From Hyphomicrobiales bacterium (lineage in GTDB: Bacteria > Pseudomonadota > Alphaproteobacteria > Rhizobiales > Xanthobacteraceae), in assembly GCA_023269635.1 (NCBI GenBank), contig JAHFPN010000002.1, forward strand, positions 1,770-65,769: a stretch of 64,000 nt of DNA. The letters run 5' to 3'. The notes below the pieces were generated by a model. The model was given only the letters and a program-made list of their open reading frames with translations. It was not told the origin of the DNA and searched no databases. A program made the translations under genes and the position numbers. Shown here piece after piece: positions 56,266 to 64,000 of the stretch (position 1 is its first letter; the number at the start of each line of letters is the position of its first letter).

Positions 56266-57435
56266 CTACTCGGCCGCCATCCGGTGCGCCGCCGGCGCGC
56301 GCGAGCGCAGGCGCGGCATCACCTCTTCCGCGATCATCGTGAGATTCTTCACCGTCTTCCAGTGCGGCATGTCGGCGACATGGGTCACGCAATTGACGTG
56401 GTTCGTCTTCATGCGCTGGGTCCAGTCGCCAATCTGATTGGCGACGTTGTCGGGTGTTCCGACCGCGACGAAGAACGCGTTGCTGATGGCCTTGAAGTCG
56501 AAGGTACCATGCAGCTTGTCGGCCATCGCGGCGCGCATCTTCAGCTGGTCGACGGACAGATAGCCCGGAGGTGCGAGGAATTGCGGCGTGGTGCGCGTGA
56601 AATCCTCGAAGAAGCGCTGCAAGTGCCCGATGTATTCCTGCTCGGCCCGTTCCTGCGTCTCCGCCACGTAGACGAAGCTCATGATCGGCGTCTGCTCCGG
56701 CCGGATGGTGTGGCCGAAGTGATGGGCGCGCTTGCGCAGATTCTCGTTCAGCTCGGCTGCGCGTTGCTGCGTGACGAACACCGCCGAGTAACCGAAGCCG
56801 AACTCGGCTGCGATCTCGATCGTCTCCGGGCTGCCGGTGCCGACGATGTAGCAGGGCGGATGCGGCCGCTGGTACGGTCGCGGCCAGGGATTGAGGAAAC
56901 GATAAGTGTAGAAGTTTCCGTAGAAGCTCGTGGGACCGTCCTCTTTCCACGCCTGCACGATGATCTTCAGCGATTCCTTGAACTTTTCGCGGGCGGTCGC
57001 CGGATTGACCGGGTTCGCCCAGTATTCCATTCCGGTGCCGAGCGGGAAGGCGACTTCGAGCCGGCCTTTCGAGAGCACGTCGAGCATCGCGTACTCCTCG
57101 GCCAGCCGGTTCGGGTACATGAAGTTGGGCGGCGTGCCCCAGACGCAGATCTTGGCGTGCTTGGTCTGCGGAATGAGCGTGGCGGCGAGCAGGTTCGGCG
57201 TCGCCATCATGCTGTAGACGGTGTTGTGATGCTCGTTGACGACGATTGCGTCGAAGCCGAGCTGATCGGCGAGCACCAATTCCCGCAAGTACCGCTGATA
57301 GAGATCGTACCCCTTGTCGGGGTCGTAATGCTTGTTCGAGAAGTTCACCCAGAGCGATTTGTGCTCCTTGTGGTTCTCCGGCAGATGCACATAGGGCATG
57401 AAGTGCATCGAGTTGAATCGAAGCGCCGCGCTCAT
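56266..57435 (-). CDS. luciferase-like (LLM) flavin-dependent monooxygenase, copy 2 (paralog of 46190-47371)
   Basis: ATG 57433-35 follows AGGGAGGA. MHFMPYVHLP, VNEHH, WPRPYQRPHPP and PPGYLS. Confidence 0.8.
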   Translation of the reverse strand: MSAALRFNSMHFMPYVHLPENHKEHKSLWVNFSNKHYDPDKGYDLYQRYLRELVLADQLGFDAIVVNEHHNTVYSMMATPNLLAATLIPQTKHAKICVWGTPPNFMYPNRLAEEYAMLDVLSKGRLEVAFPLGTGMEYWANPVNPATAREKFKESLKIIVQAWKEDGPTSFYGNFYTYRFLNPWPRPYQRPHPPCYIVGTGSPETIEIAAEFGFGYSAVFVTQQRAAELNENLRKRAHHFGHTIRPEQTPIMSFVYVAETQERAEQEYIGHLQRFFEDFTRTTPQFLAPPGYLSVDQLKMRAAMADKLHGTFDFKAISNAFFVAVGTPDNVANQIGDWTQRMKTNHVNCVTHVADMPHWKTVKNLTMIAEEVMPRLRSRAPAAHRMAAE

Positions 57436-57491
57436 GCTTGTTCCTCCCTGAACGACTGCCGAAGCGCTCGTCGATCCCGACGAGCGATGGT

Positions 57492-59099
57492 CTACCTCGC
57501 CCCGCGCAACAGGTGATAGCTGAGCTCGCCCGGATCGGCGAGGTCCGGCACCTTCCAGCCGTCGAGATCGTATTCGGCCATGCACTGTTCGGCGAAGCCC
57601 TTGAGCTTGTCGGCGACGCCCATGGCCTGCGCGCCGAACAGCACGTAGCGCCTGATCTCCTCGGTCGAGCCGCCGTAGTTGATCTCGTAGAGTTCGTGGC
57701 GGCCGGCGAATTCGGTTCCGACCGCGTCCCACAGGAGCTTGAGCAGCTTGACGCGCTCGACCGCCGAGTAGCCGCCGGAGCCGCGCATGTACTTGTCGAG
57801 ATAGGGGCGGATGTCTGGGTTCTTGAAATCGCGGGCGGACGAATTGAGATAGATCAGGCCCGAGGCCACGGTCTGCTCGATGATGTACTTCACCTTGGTG
57901 TAGGCGATCGTGGACGTGATCTGGTAGGCGCCCGCGGGCTGGATGTCCGGCAGCAGGTAGCCGCCGACCCAGGGCATCGGGTTGCGCACCATCGCTTCCG
58001 ACAGGCCCCAGAACAGATTGCGCCAGACCAGGATCTCGCCGACGTTCGCCTGCACGCCGCGGAAATCCTTGGAGCCGGTGGCTTCGACCGCTTTCAGGAC
58101 CAGGCCGGCGATGAAATCGAGCTTCACCGACAGGCGCGTGCAGCCGTGCAGGAGCGCGCGCGGCAGGAACCCGGTCTGCGGGAAGAAGTTGTTCGCCTTG
58201 TCGACGTCGCCGTAGCAGAACACGTTTTCCCAGGGCACCAGCACCTTGTCCATGATGAAGACGGCGTCGTTTTCGTCGATGCGCGAGGACAGCGGATAGT
58301 CGAACGGGCTCCCCATCGCGGTTGACGTCATCTCATAAGAGGTGCGGCAGATCAGCTTCACGCCCGGCGCGTTGGTCGGGATCATGAAGATCGCGGCGAA
58401 ATTCTTGTCGCCGACCGGGATCAGGCCGTGGTGCGCCACGAACGTGTAGTTCGTGAGCGCCGAGCCGGTGGCCACCACCTTGGCGCCGGAGACGACGATG
58501 CCGGCGTCGGTTTCCTTCTCCACGTGGCAATAGACGTCGCCGACTTCCTGCGGCGGCCGGTTGCGGTCGACCGGCGGATGGATGATGGCGTGGTTGACGA
58601 ACGGTACGCGCTCCTGGGCGAACTTGTACCAGCGCTTCGCGTTCTCCTGCCACGGATCGTAGAACTGGGCGTTGGCGCCGAGCGTGCCGAGGAAGGCGGC
58701 CTTGTAGTCGGGCGCGCGGCCGAGCCAGCCGTAGCCGAGCCTCGCCCACTCGGCGATCGCATCGCGGCCGGCCACCGACTCCTCGACGTTCTTCGGGCAT
58801 TTGAAGTAGGCGTGCGTCATGCCGCCGTTGCCGGTGTCGGTCGGCACCAGCAGCTTGCTCATGTGCTTGGGGTCGTGCAGCGCGTCGTAGAGGCGCGCGA
58901 TCATGCGCGAGGTGTTGCGGAAGGCCGGATGCGTGGTCACGTCCTTCACGCGTTCGCCGTAGATGTAGATCTCGCGGCCGTCGCGCAGCGACTCCAGGAA
59001 CTCCTTGCCGGTCATCGGCTTCGACGCCGACAGCCGCCCGACGCTTTCGGGCTTCTTGGCGAACGTCTCCTTTTCCTGCTGACTGGCGGCCACACTCAT
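57492..59099 (-). CDS. 4-hydroxyphenylacetate 3-hydroxylase (HpaB) family flavin-dependent monooxygenase, oxygenase component
   Basis: ATG 59097-99 follows [39 protein letters not shown]. About 535 aa. Confidence 0.8.
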   Translation of the reverse strand: MSVAASQQEKETFAKKPESVGRLSASKPMTGKEFLESLRDGREIYIYGERVKDVTTHPAFRNTSRMIARLYDALHDPKHMSKLLVPTDTGNGGMTHAYFKCPKNVEESVAGRDAIAEWARLGYGWLGRAPDYKAAFLGTLGANAQFYDPWQENAKRWYKFAQERVPFVNHAIIHPPVDRNRPPQEVGDVYCHVEKETDAGIVVSGAKVVATGSALTNYTFVAHHGLIPVGDKNFAAIFMIPTNAPGVKLICRTSYEMTSTAMGSPFDYPLSSRIDENDAVFIMDKVLVPWENVFCYGDVDKANNFFPQTGFLPRALLHGCTRLSVKLDFIAGLVLKAVEATGSKDFRGVQANVGEILVWRNLFWGLSEAMVRNPMPWVGGYLLPDIQPAGAYQITSTIAYTKVKYIIEQTVASGLIYLNSSARDFKNPDIRPYLDKYMRGSGGYSAVERVKLLKLLWDAVGTEFAGRHELYEINYGGSTEEIRRYVLFGAQAMGVADKLKGFAEQCMAEYDLDGWKVPDLADPGELSYHLLRGAR

Positions 59100-59302
59100 G
59101 ACGCTGCTCCCCGGTGGTATCCGTCCCGACAATGCTTATTGTTATTGTGATTGTTCGCTTTTCGAACCCAAAAACGATACGTGCTCGCGCGCACCCTGGC
59201 AAGGGAACGGCCCGGCCGAGCCTCAACTGCAGGGCGAACGCGGAGTTGCCGGCGGCAGGCTATCGAATACCGCAATCGTTCCAGTCGCAAAGCGTGCGAG
59301 CG

Positions 59303-59331
59303 TTGACACCCGAAAGCCGCTCCCTGACAAT
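59303..59331 (+). promoter_or_regulatory. candidate sigma-70 promoter for the second transporter operon
   Basis: TTGACA-N17-GACAAT lies 77 nt upstream of ATG 59408. Confidence 0.3.
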
Positions 59332-59407
59332 TCCGGATAAGGGAAAGCAACGTGTCCCTTGGAATCCGTCGATCAAGCGGAAGCGGGGCACCGTGGGAGG
59401 AACACCA

Positions 59408-60739
59408 ATGAAAACGCGCGATGGAAATCGCGGCGGTATCGACCGCCGTACGCTTCTGAAATACACGGCCGCGACCGGCGCCGCGGCCGCAACCGGCAGC
59501 CTGGCCGCGCCCGCCGTGCATGCCCAGGCGAAGCCGATCAAGATCGGTTACGTGAGCCCGGCGACCGGTCCGCTCGCCGCCTTCGCGGCGGCCGACCAAT
59601 TCATGCTCAAGCAGTTCATGGATGCGACCAAGAGCGGCCTGCGCAAGGGTAACGCCACGCGCCCGATCCAGGTCATCCTGAAGGACAGCCAGTCGAACCC
59701 GAACCGCGCCGCCCAGGTCGCGAAAGATCTGATCGTCCAGGACAAGATCGACCTCATGCTGGTCGGCAACACGCCGGAGACCACCAACCCGGTCTGCACC
59801 CAGTGCGAGATCGAGGAAGTGGCGTGCGTATCCTCGCTCGCGCCATGGCAGCCATGGTTCATCGGCCAGCAGGCGAACCCGGCCGGCGGCCCGCCCGCCT
59901 GGAAGCCCTTCAACTACATCTATCACTATTTCTGGGGCCTCGAGGACGTGATCGCGGTCTTCACCAACATGTGGAGCCAGCTCTCGACCAACAAGACGGT
60001 CGGCGCGCTGTTCCCGAACGACGGCGACGGCAATGCCTGGGGCGACAAGCAGGTGGGCTTCCCGCCGGCGCTCGACAAGCTCGGCTACAAGCTCATCGAT
60101 CCGGGCCGCTACCAGAACCTCACCGACAATTTCTCGGCCCAGATCACCGCCTTCAAGAACGCGAGCGCCCAGATCATCACCGGCGTGGTGCTGCCGCCGG
60201 ACTTCACCACGTTCTGGAAGCAGGCGCTGCAGCAGGGCTTCAAGCCCAAGGCGGCGTCGGTCGGCAAGGCGATCCTGTTCCCGTCCTCGGTCGAGGCGCT
60301 GGGCCGCGACGGCCACAACCTCTCCTCGGAAGTTTGGTGGACGCCGAGCCATCCGTTCAAATCGTCGATGACCGGCATGACCGCGCGGCAGCTCGCCGCC
60401 GCCTACGAGGCGGCGACCAAGCAGCAATGGTCGCAGCCGGTCGGCTTCGCCCACTCGCTCTACGAGGTCGGGCTCGACGTGCTCAAGCGCACGGCGGAGA
60501 TCGGCAATTCGAAGGCGACGGCTGCCGCCATCGCCGCCACCAACCTCGACACCGTGGTCGGCCATGTGCAGTGGAACGGCAAGGACGTTCCGCCGTTCGC
60601 CGCCAAGAACGTCACCAAGACTTCGCTCGTCGGCGGCCAGTGGCGGCTTAAGGCAGGCAACAAGTACGACATCGTGATCACCGACAACCGGACCGCGACG
60701 ACGATCCCGGTCGGCGGCAAAATGGAAGCGATCGGCTAG
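59408..60739 (+). CDS. ABC substrate-binding protein (LivK/Peripla_BP_6 type), second system
   Basis: ATG 59408 follows GGGAGGA. Twin-arginine-like leader IDRRTLLKYTAATGAAAATGSLAAPAVHA. Confidence 0.85.
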   Translation: MKTRDGNRGGIDRRTLLKYTAATGAAAATGSLAAPAVHAQAKPIKIGYVSPATGPLAAFAAADQFMLKQFMDATKSGLRKGNATRPIQVILKDSQSNPNRAAQVAKDLIVQDKIDLMLVGNTPETTNPVCTQCEIEEVACVSSLAPWQPWFIGQQANPAGGPPAWKPFNYIYHYFWGLEDVIAVFTNMWSQLSTNKTVGALFPNDGDGNAWGDKQVGFPPALDKLGYKLIDPGRYQNLTDNFSAQITAFKNASAQIITGVVLPPDFTTFWKQALQQGFKPKAASVGKAILFPSSVEALGRDGHNLSSEVWWTPSHPFKSSMTGMTARQLAAAYEAATKQQWSQPVGFAHSLYEVGLDVLKRTAEIGNSKATAAAIAATNLDTVVGHVQWNGKDVPPFAAKNVTKTSLVGGQWRLKAGNKYDIVITDNRTATTIPVGGKMEAIG

Positions 60740-60749
60740 TTCCACCATC

Positions 60750-60780
60750 CCCCGGGGCGGCCGGAAGGCGCGCCCCGGGG
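60750..60780 (+). terminator. GC hairpin after the binding-protein gene
   Basis: CCCCGGGGCG GCC-GGAA-GGC G CGCCCCGGGG. No T-tract, so it may attenuate rather than terminate. Confidence 0.45.
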
Positions 60781-60811
60781 CTCCACGGTGTTCGGCCGGA
60801 ACAAGACGCGG

Positions 60812-60834
60812 ATGCCCGGGACAAGCCCGGGCAT
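60812..60834. repeat. hairpin ATGCCCGGG-ACAAG-CCCGGGCAT
   Basis: Perfect 9-bp stem. It shares the GGGACAAGCC core with 32907-32926. Confidence 0.7.
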
Positions 60835-60892
60835 GCTGTTGTATGGGCCTCATATGCTAGACGCCCCCGGAGGCCGCTCCGACTTCCGCGTG

Positions 60893-61606
60893 ATGTTGGA
60901 GATCCGGCAGCTCAGCAAGTCCTTCGGTTCGTTGCGGGCCGTCGACAACGTCGATCTCGTGGTCGAGCGGCGCGCGGCGCTCGGCATCGTCGGCCCGAAC
61001 GGCGCCGGCAAGTCAACGCTGTTCAATCTGATCACCGGCGACTTGCGACCCGATGCAGGTACGGTCCGCCTCGACCACCGTGACATCACGGCGGCGACGC
61101 CGTATGAGCGCAGCCGCGCCGGCATCGCGCGCACCTATCAAGTTCCGCAACCGTTCGAGAATTTGACCGTGTTCGAGAATCTGCTGGTCGGCGCGGTGTA
61201 TGCGCAGGGGCGGCGCGAGCACGAGATCACCGATTTCTGCGCCGAAATCCTGGAACGGACTCATCTGATGCGGCGCGCGGATTCGCCGGCGGGTTCGCTG
61301 ACGCTCTTGGAGCGCAAGCGCCTCGAATTGGCTCGCGCGCTCGCCACCGGCCCGAAGCTCCTGCTGCTCGACGAGATCGCGGGCGGTCTGACCGAAGGTG
61401 AATGCCAGGAGCTGATCGAGACCATCCGCTTGATCCATGCCGCCGGCACCACGATCGTCTGGATCGAGCATATCGTGCACGCGCTGCTCGCGGTGGTCGG
61501 TCGGCTGATCGTGCTCGATTTCGGCAGGATGATCGCGCAAGGCGAGCCGCAGGTGGTGATGCGCTCGGCCGAAGTCCGCGAGATCTACATGGGCATCGAG
61601 GCCTGA
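60893..61606 (+). CDS. ABC ATPase (LivG-like), second system
   Basis: MLEIRQLSKSFGSL start, Walker A GPNGAGKST. The alternative start ATG 60854 is possible. Confidence 0.8.
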   Translation: MLEIRQLSKSFGSLRAVDNVDLVVERRAALGIVGPNGAGKSTLFNLITGDLRPDAGTVRLDHRDITAATPYERSRAGIARTYQVPQPFENLTVFENLLVGAVYAQGRREHEITDFCAEILERTHLMRRADSPAGSLTLLERKRLELARALATGPKLLLLDEIAGGLTEGECQELIETIRLIHAAGTTIVWIEHIVHALLAVVGRLIVLDFGRMIAQGEPQVVMRSAEVREIYMGIEA

Positions 61607-61616
61607 GGCTCGCGCG

Positions 61617-62318
61617 ATGGCGCTTCTCGAAACCCGCAAGCTCACCGCTTTCTACCGCGACTTCCAGGCGCTGTTCGGCATCGACACGCGGCTCGAGGCC
61701 GGCGAGACCGTGGCCATCATCGGCGCCAACGGCGCCGGCAAGTCCACTTACCTCAAGGCGATCACCGGGCTCCTCGGCGGCGAGCCGGAGAGCGTGTGGT
61801 TCGACGGCAAGCCGATCGGCGCGCTCGCCCCGGCCGAAATCATGCAGCTCGGCATCTCGATGGTGCCGGAGGGGCGACGGCTTTTCCCTTCCATGACGGT
61901 CGAGGAAAATCTGCTGATCGGGAACTATGGCCGTTCGGTCCCGGGCCATTGGTCGATCGAGGCGATCTTCGAGTTGTTTCCGCGCCTTCGCGAGCGCCGG
62001 CATCAGTCGAGCACCACGCTGTCCGGCGGCGAGCAGCAGATGACCGCGATCGGCCGCGCGCTCATGTCCAATCCGCGCGTGCTTCTGTGCGACGAGATCA
62101 GCCTCGGCCTCGCGCCGATCGTGATCCGCGACATCTACCAGGCGCTGCCGCGGATCAAGGCCACCGGCACCAGCGTGATGCTGGTCGAGCAGGACATCGT
62201 GCAGGCCATGAAGGTGGCCGACCGCATCTATTGCTTTCAGGAGGGCCGAATTTCGCTCACCGGCAACCCGTCTGCGCTCACGCGCGAGCAGATTCACGTC
62301 GCCTATTTTGGATCCTGA
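61617..62318 (+). CDS. ABC ATPase (LivF-like), second system, no C-terminal tail
   Basis: 233 aa. Walker A GANGAGKST, signature LSGGEQQM. Confidence 0.85.
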   Translation: MALLETRKLTAFYRDFQALFGIDTRLEAGETVAIIGANGAGKSTYLKAITGLLGGEPESVWFDGKPIGALAPAEIMQLGISMVPEGRRLFPSMTVEENLLIGNYGRSVPGHWSIEAIFELFPRLRERRHQSSTTLSGGEQQMTAIGRALMSNPRVLLCDEISLGLAPIVIRDIYQALPRIKATGTSVMLVEQDIVQAMKVADRIYCFQEGRISLTGNPSALTREQIHVAYFGS

Positions 62319-62321
62319 ACG

Positions 62322-63191
62322 ATGATCGGCTGGATCGACACCGTCATTCAGGGCGTGCTGCTCGGCGGCCTCTATGCGCTGTTCGCGGTCGGGCTCTCGC
62401 TCATCTTCGGCATCATGCGGCTGGTGAATCTAGCGCACGGCGACCTGATCGTGCTCGCGGCCTTCGTGATCCTGGTGATTTCGCGCGCGCTCGGCCTCAA
62501 CATATTCGTGGCGCTGGTTCTGGCGGCGCCGATCCTGTTCGGCATCGGCTATGCGCTCCAGCATTTCCTGCTCAATCGCACGCTCGGGCGCGACATCCTG
62601 CCGCCGCTCCTGGTCACCTTCGGCCTTTCGATCATCGTCCAGAACGGCCTGCTGGAAGCCTTCTCGGCCGATAGCCGGCGGCTCGACGCAGATGCGCTCG
62701 AAACGGCGTCGATCGCGCTCGGAGGAGGTCTCGCGGTCGGCGTCATGCCGCTCATGACGCTCGTCTCCGCCGTCGCGGTGATCTTCGCGCTCAATTATCT
62801 GTTCTATCGGCTGCCGCTCGGCCGGGCGTTTCGCGCCACCTCCGACGATCCGGAGATCGCGCAGCTCATGGGTGTCGACAACCGCCGCATTTTCGCGCTC
62901 GCCATGGGGCTGGCCATGGTGGTCACCGCGATCGCGGCGCTCTATCTCGGCACCCGCGCGACCTTCGACCCGTCGATCGGACCAGCGCGGCTGCTCTATG
63001 CCTTCGAAGCGGTGATCATCGGCGGGCTCGGCAGCCTGTGGGGCACGCTCGCCGGCGGGGTCATCATCGGGCTGGCGCAGACGATCGGCGCCCACATCAA
63101 TCCCGAATGGCAGATCCTGGCCGGCCACGTCGCCTTTCTCGTGGTGCTCGTCCTGCGCCCGCGCGGCCTGTTCCCGCGCGCGGTCGATTGA
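62322..63191 (+). CDS. ABC permease (LivH-like), second system
   Basis: 289 aa. The start MIGWIDTVIQGVLLGGLYALFAVGLSL is typical. Confidence 0.85.
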   Translation: MIGWIDTVIQGVLLGGLYALFAVGLSLIFGIMRLVNLAHGDLIVLAAFVILVISRALGLNIFVALVLAAPILFGIGYALQHFLLNRTLGRDILPPLLVTFGLSIIVQNGLLEAFSADSRRLDADALETASIALGGGLAVGVMPLMTLVSAVAVIFALNYLFYRLPLGRAFRATSDDPEIAQLMGVDNRRIFALAMGLAMVVTAIAALYLGTRATFDPSIGPARLLYAFEAVIIGGLGSLWGTLAGGVIIGLAQTIGAHINPEWQILAGHVAFLVVLVLRPRGLFPRAVD

Positions 63192-63199
63192 GACCGACC

Positions 63200-64000
63200 A
63201 TGCTGGCCGCGAACTTCCGGATCGAAACCGCGACCGCCGCCTCGCGCACCATTGCGCTCGCCGGCGCAGGCCTGGTGCTGGTTCTCGTCGTGCTTCCGCT
63301 GTTTGTGAGCCGCGGTCTGGTTCAGGACATGATCTTCGTCTTCTACATGCTGGCGCTGGCGCAGCTCTGGAATCTGCTTGCCGGCCATGCCGGCCTGGTT
63401 TCGGTCGGGCAGCAGGCGTTCGTGGGCCTCGGCGGCTATTTGCTGTTCGCCTTTACCGTGATCCTCGGCATCGACGCGCTCGCGGCGATCGTGCTTGCAG
63501 GGCTCGTCACCGGCATCTGCGCCTTTCCGACCGCCTTGGTCGTGTTCCGCCTGCGCGGCGCCTATTTCGCGATCGGAACCTGGGTGGTGGCCGAAGTTTT
63601 CCGGCTCCTGATCGCCCAGTGGAAGCAGCTCGGCGGCGGCACCGGCACCTCGTTGCCCGTTTCGGTCACCAACGAGGTCGCAGGCATCGAATGGATCAAG
63701 CGCGTGTTCGACGTGCGCACCGCCGCCGCGCGCGATATGGAAATCTACTGGGTCGCGCTCGCGCTCGCGGTCGGGACGGTGCTCGCGGTGTATTTTATCC
63801 TGCGCTCGCGGCGCGGGCTCGCGCTCGCCGCGATCCGGGATTCGGAGCTCGCGGCCGAGAGCGTGGGGGTGGACAGTTACCGCACCAAGCTCTGGGTCTT
63901 CGCCGTGGCCGCCGCCGCCACCGGGATGATCGGCGCGCTCATCTATCTGCAGAAGGCGCGCATCTCGCCGGACGCCGCCTTCACGGTGATCGATTGGACG
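63200..64000 (+). CDS. ABC permease (LivM-like), second system, 3-prime truncated by window end
   Basis: This gene is absent from the ORF track because there is no stop in the window. My translation from ATG 63200 gives MLAANFRIETATAASRTIALAGAGLVLVLVVLPLF...LAGHAGLVSVGQQAFVGLGGY. Confidence 0.75.
   Translation, partial: MLAANFRIETATAASRTIALAGAGLVLVLVVLPLFVSRGLVQDMIFVFYMLALAQLWNLLAGHAGLVSVGQQAFVGLGGYLLFAFTVILGIDALAAIVLAGLVTGICAFPTALVVFRLRGAYFAIGTWVVAEVFRLLIAQWKQLGGGTGTSLPVSVTNEVAGIEWIKRVFDVRTAAARDMEIYWVALALAVGTVLAVYFILRSRRGLALAAIRDSELAAESVGVDSYRTKLWVFAVAAAATGMIGALIYLQKARISPDAAFTVIDWT

Noticed and set aside
59096-60853. 585-aa minus-strand ORF
   Set aside because: It is antisense to the second LivK-type binding-protein gene and also spans the AT-rich promoter region. 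No motifs were found.

Overview
GC-rich, densely coding chromosomal segment that looks alphaproteobacterial. The Bradyrhizobiaceae-like assignment is an inference from a TlpA protein that is near colinear with Bradyrhizobium TlpA as I recall it, from argH-lptM-lysA synteny, and from the types of intergenic hairpin repeats. I support about 70 protein genes, one tRNA-Leu(CAA), no rRNA, no CRISPR, and no prophage or recognisable defence island.

Content from left to right:
- argH/tlpA, then a REP-associated tyrosine transposase (RayT) flanked by inverted REP hairpins.
- A short-chain acyl-CoA block: hbd, etfBA, a PduO-type cobalamin adenosyltransferase, and an acyl-CoA dehydrogenase.
- A chemoreceptor.
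- The ethylmalonyl-CoA pathway core: ccr and ecm/meaA transcribed divergently. An uncharacterised B12-binding radical SAM gene sits directly downstream of ccr.
- Housekeeping genes: gluQ, an alkA-like glycosylase, a DsbB-family protein, hisE and tRNA-Leu.
- A NitT/TauT-type ABC importer and ndvA.
- A thiolase, a PBP5-type carboxypeptidase, a COG0523 GTPase, two acyl-CoA synthetases, and a flippase/GNAT pair.
- From about 45.4 kb to the window end, a large catabolic supercluster with no assigned substrate.

The supercluster contains two paralogous modules of luciferase-like monooxygenase plus alpha/beta-hydrolase, an HpaB-family monooxygenase, a CMD-family protein, an HIBADH-like dehydrogenase, an SRPBCC protein, an orphan TRAP binding protein and two complete Liv-type ABC importers. 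It has no regulator and no flavin reductase in view.

The most unusual signals I can see directly:
- A LivF-type ATPase with a C-terminal tail carrying three copies of a GG[FV][FV]NP[FY]AR[ST]V motif.
- A purine/pyrimidine hairpin repeat family that appears in frame inside gluQ and also supplies the stop codon of the DsbB-family gene.
- Three tandem 18-bp direct repeats between the DsbB-family gene and tRNA-Leu.
- An AT-rich ACAAT/ATTGT control region in the divergent promoter of the catabolic cluster.

All functional calls rest on motif and sequence recognition by eye. No database search was run.
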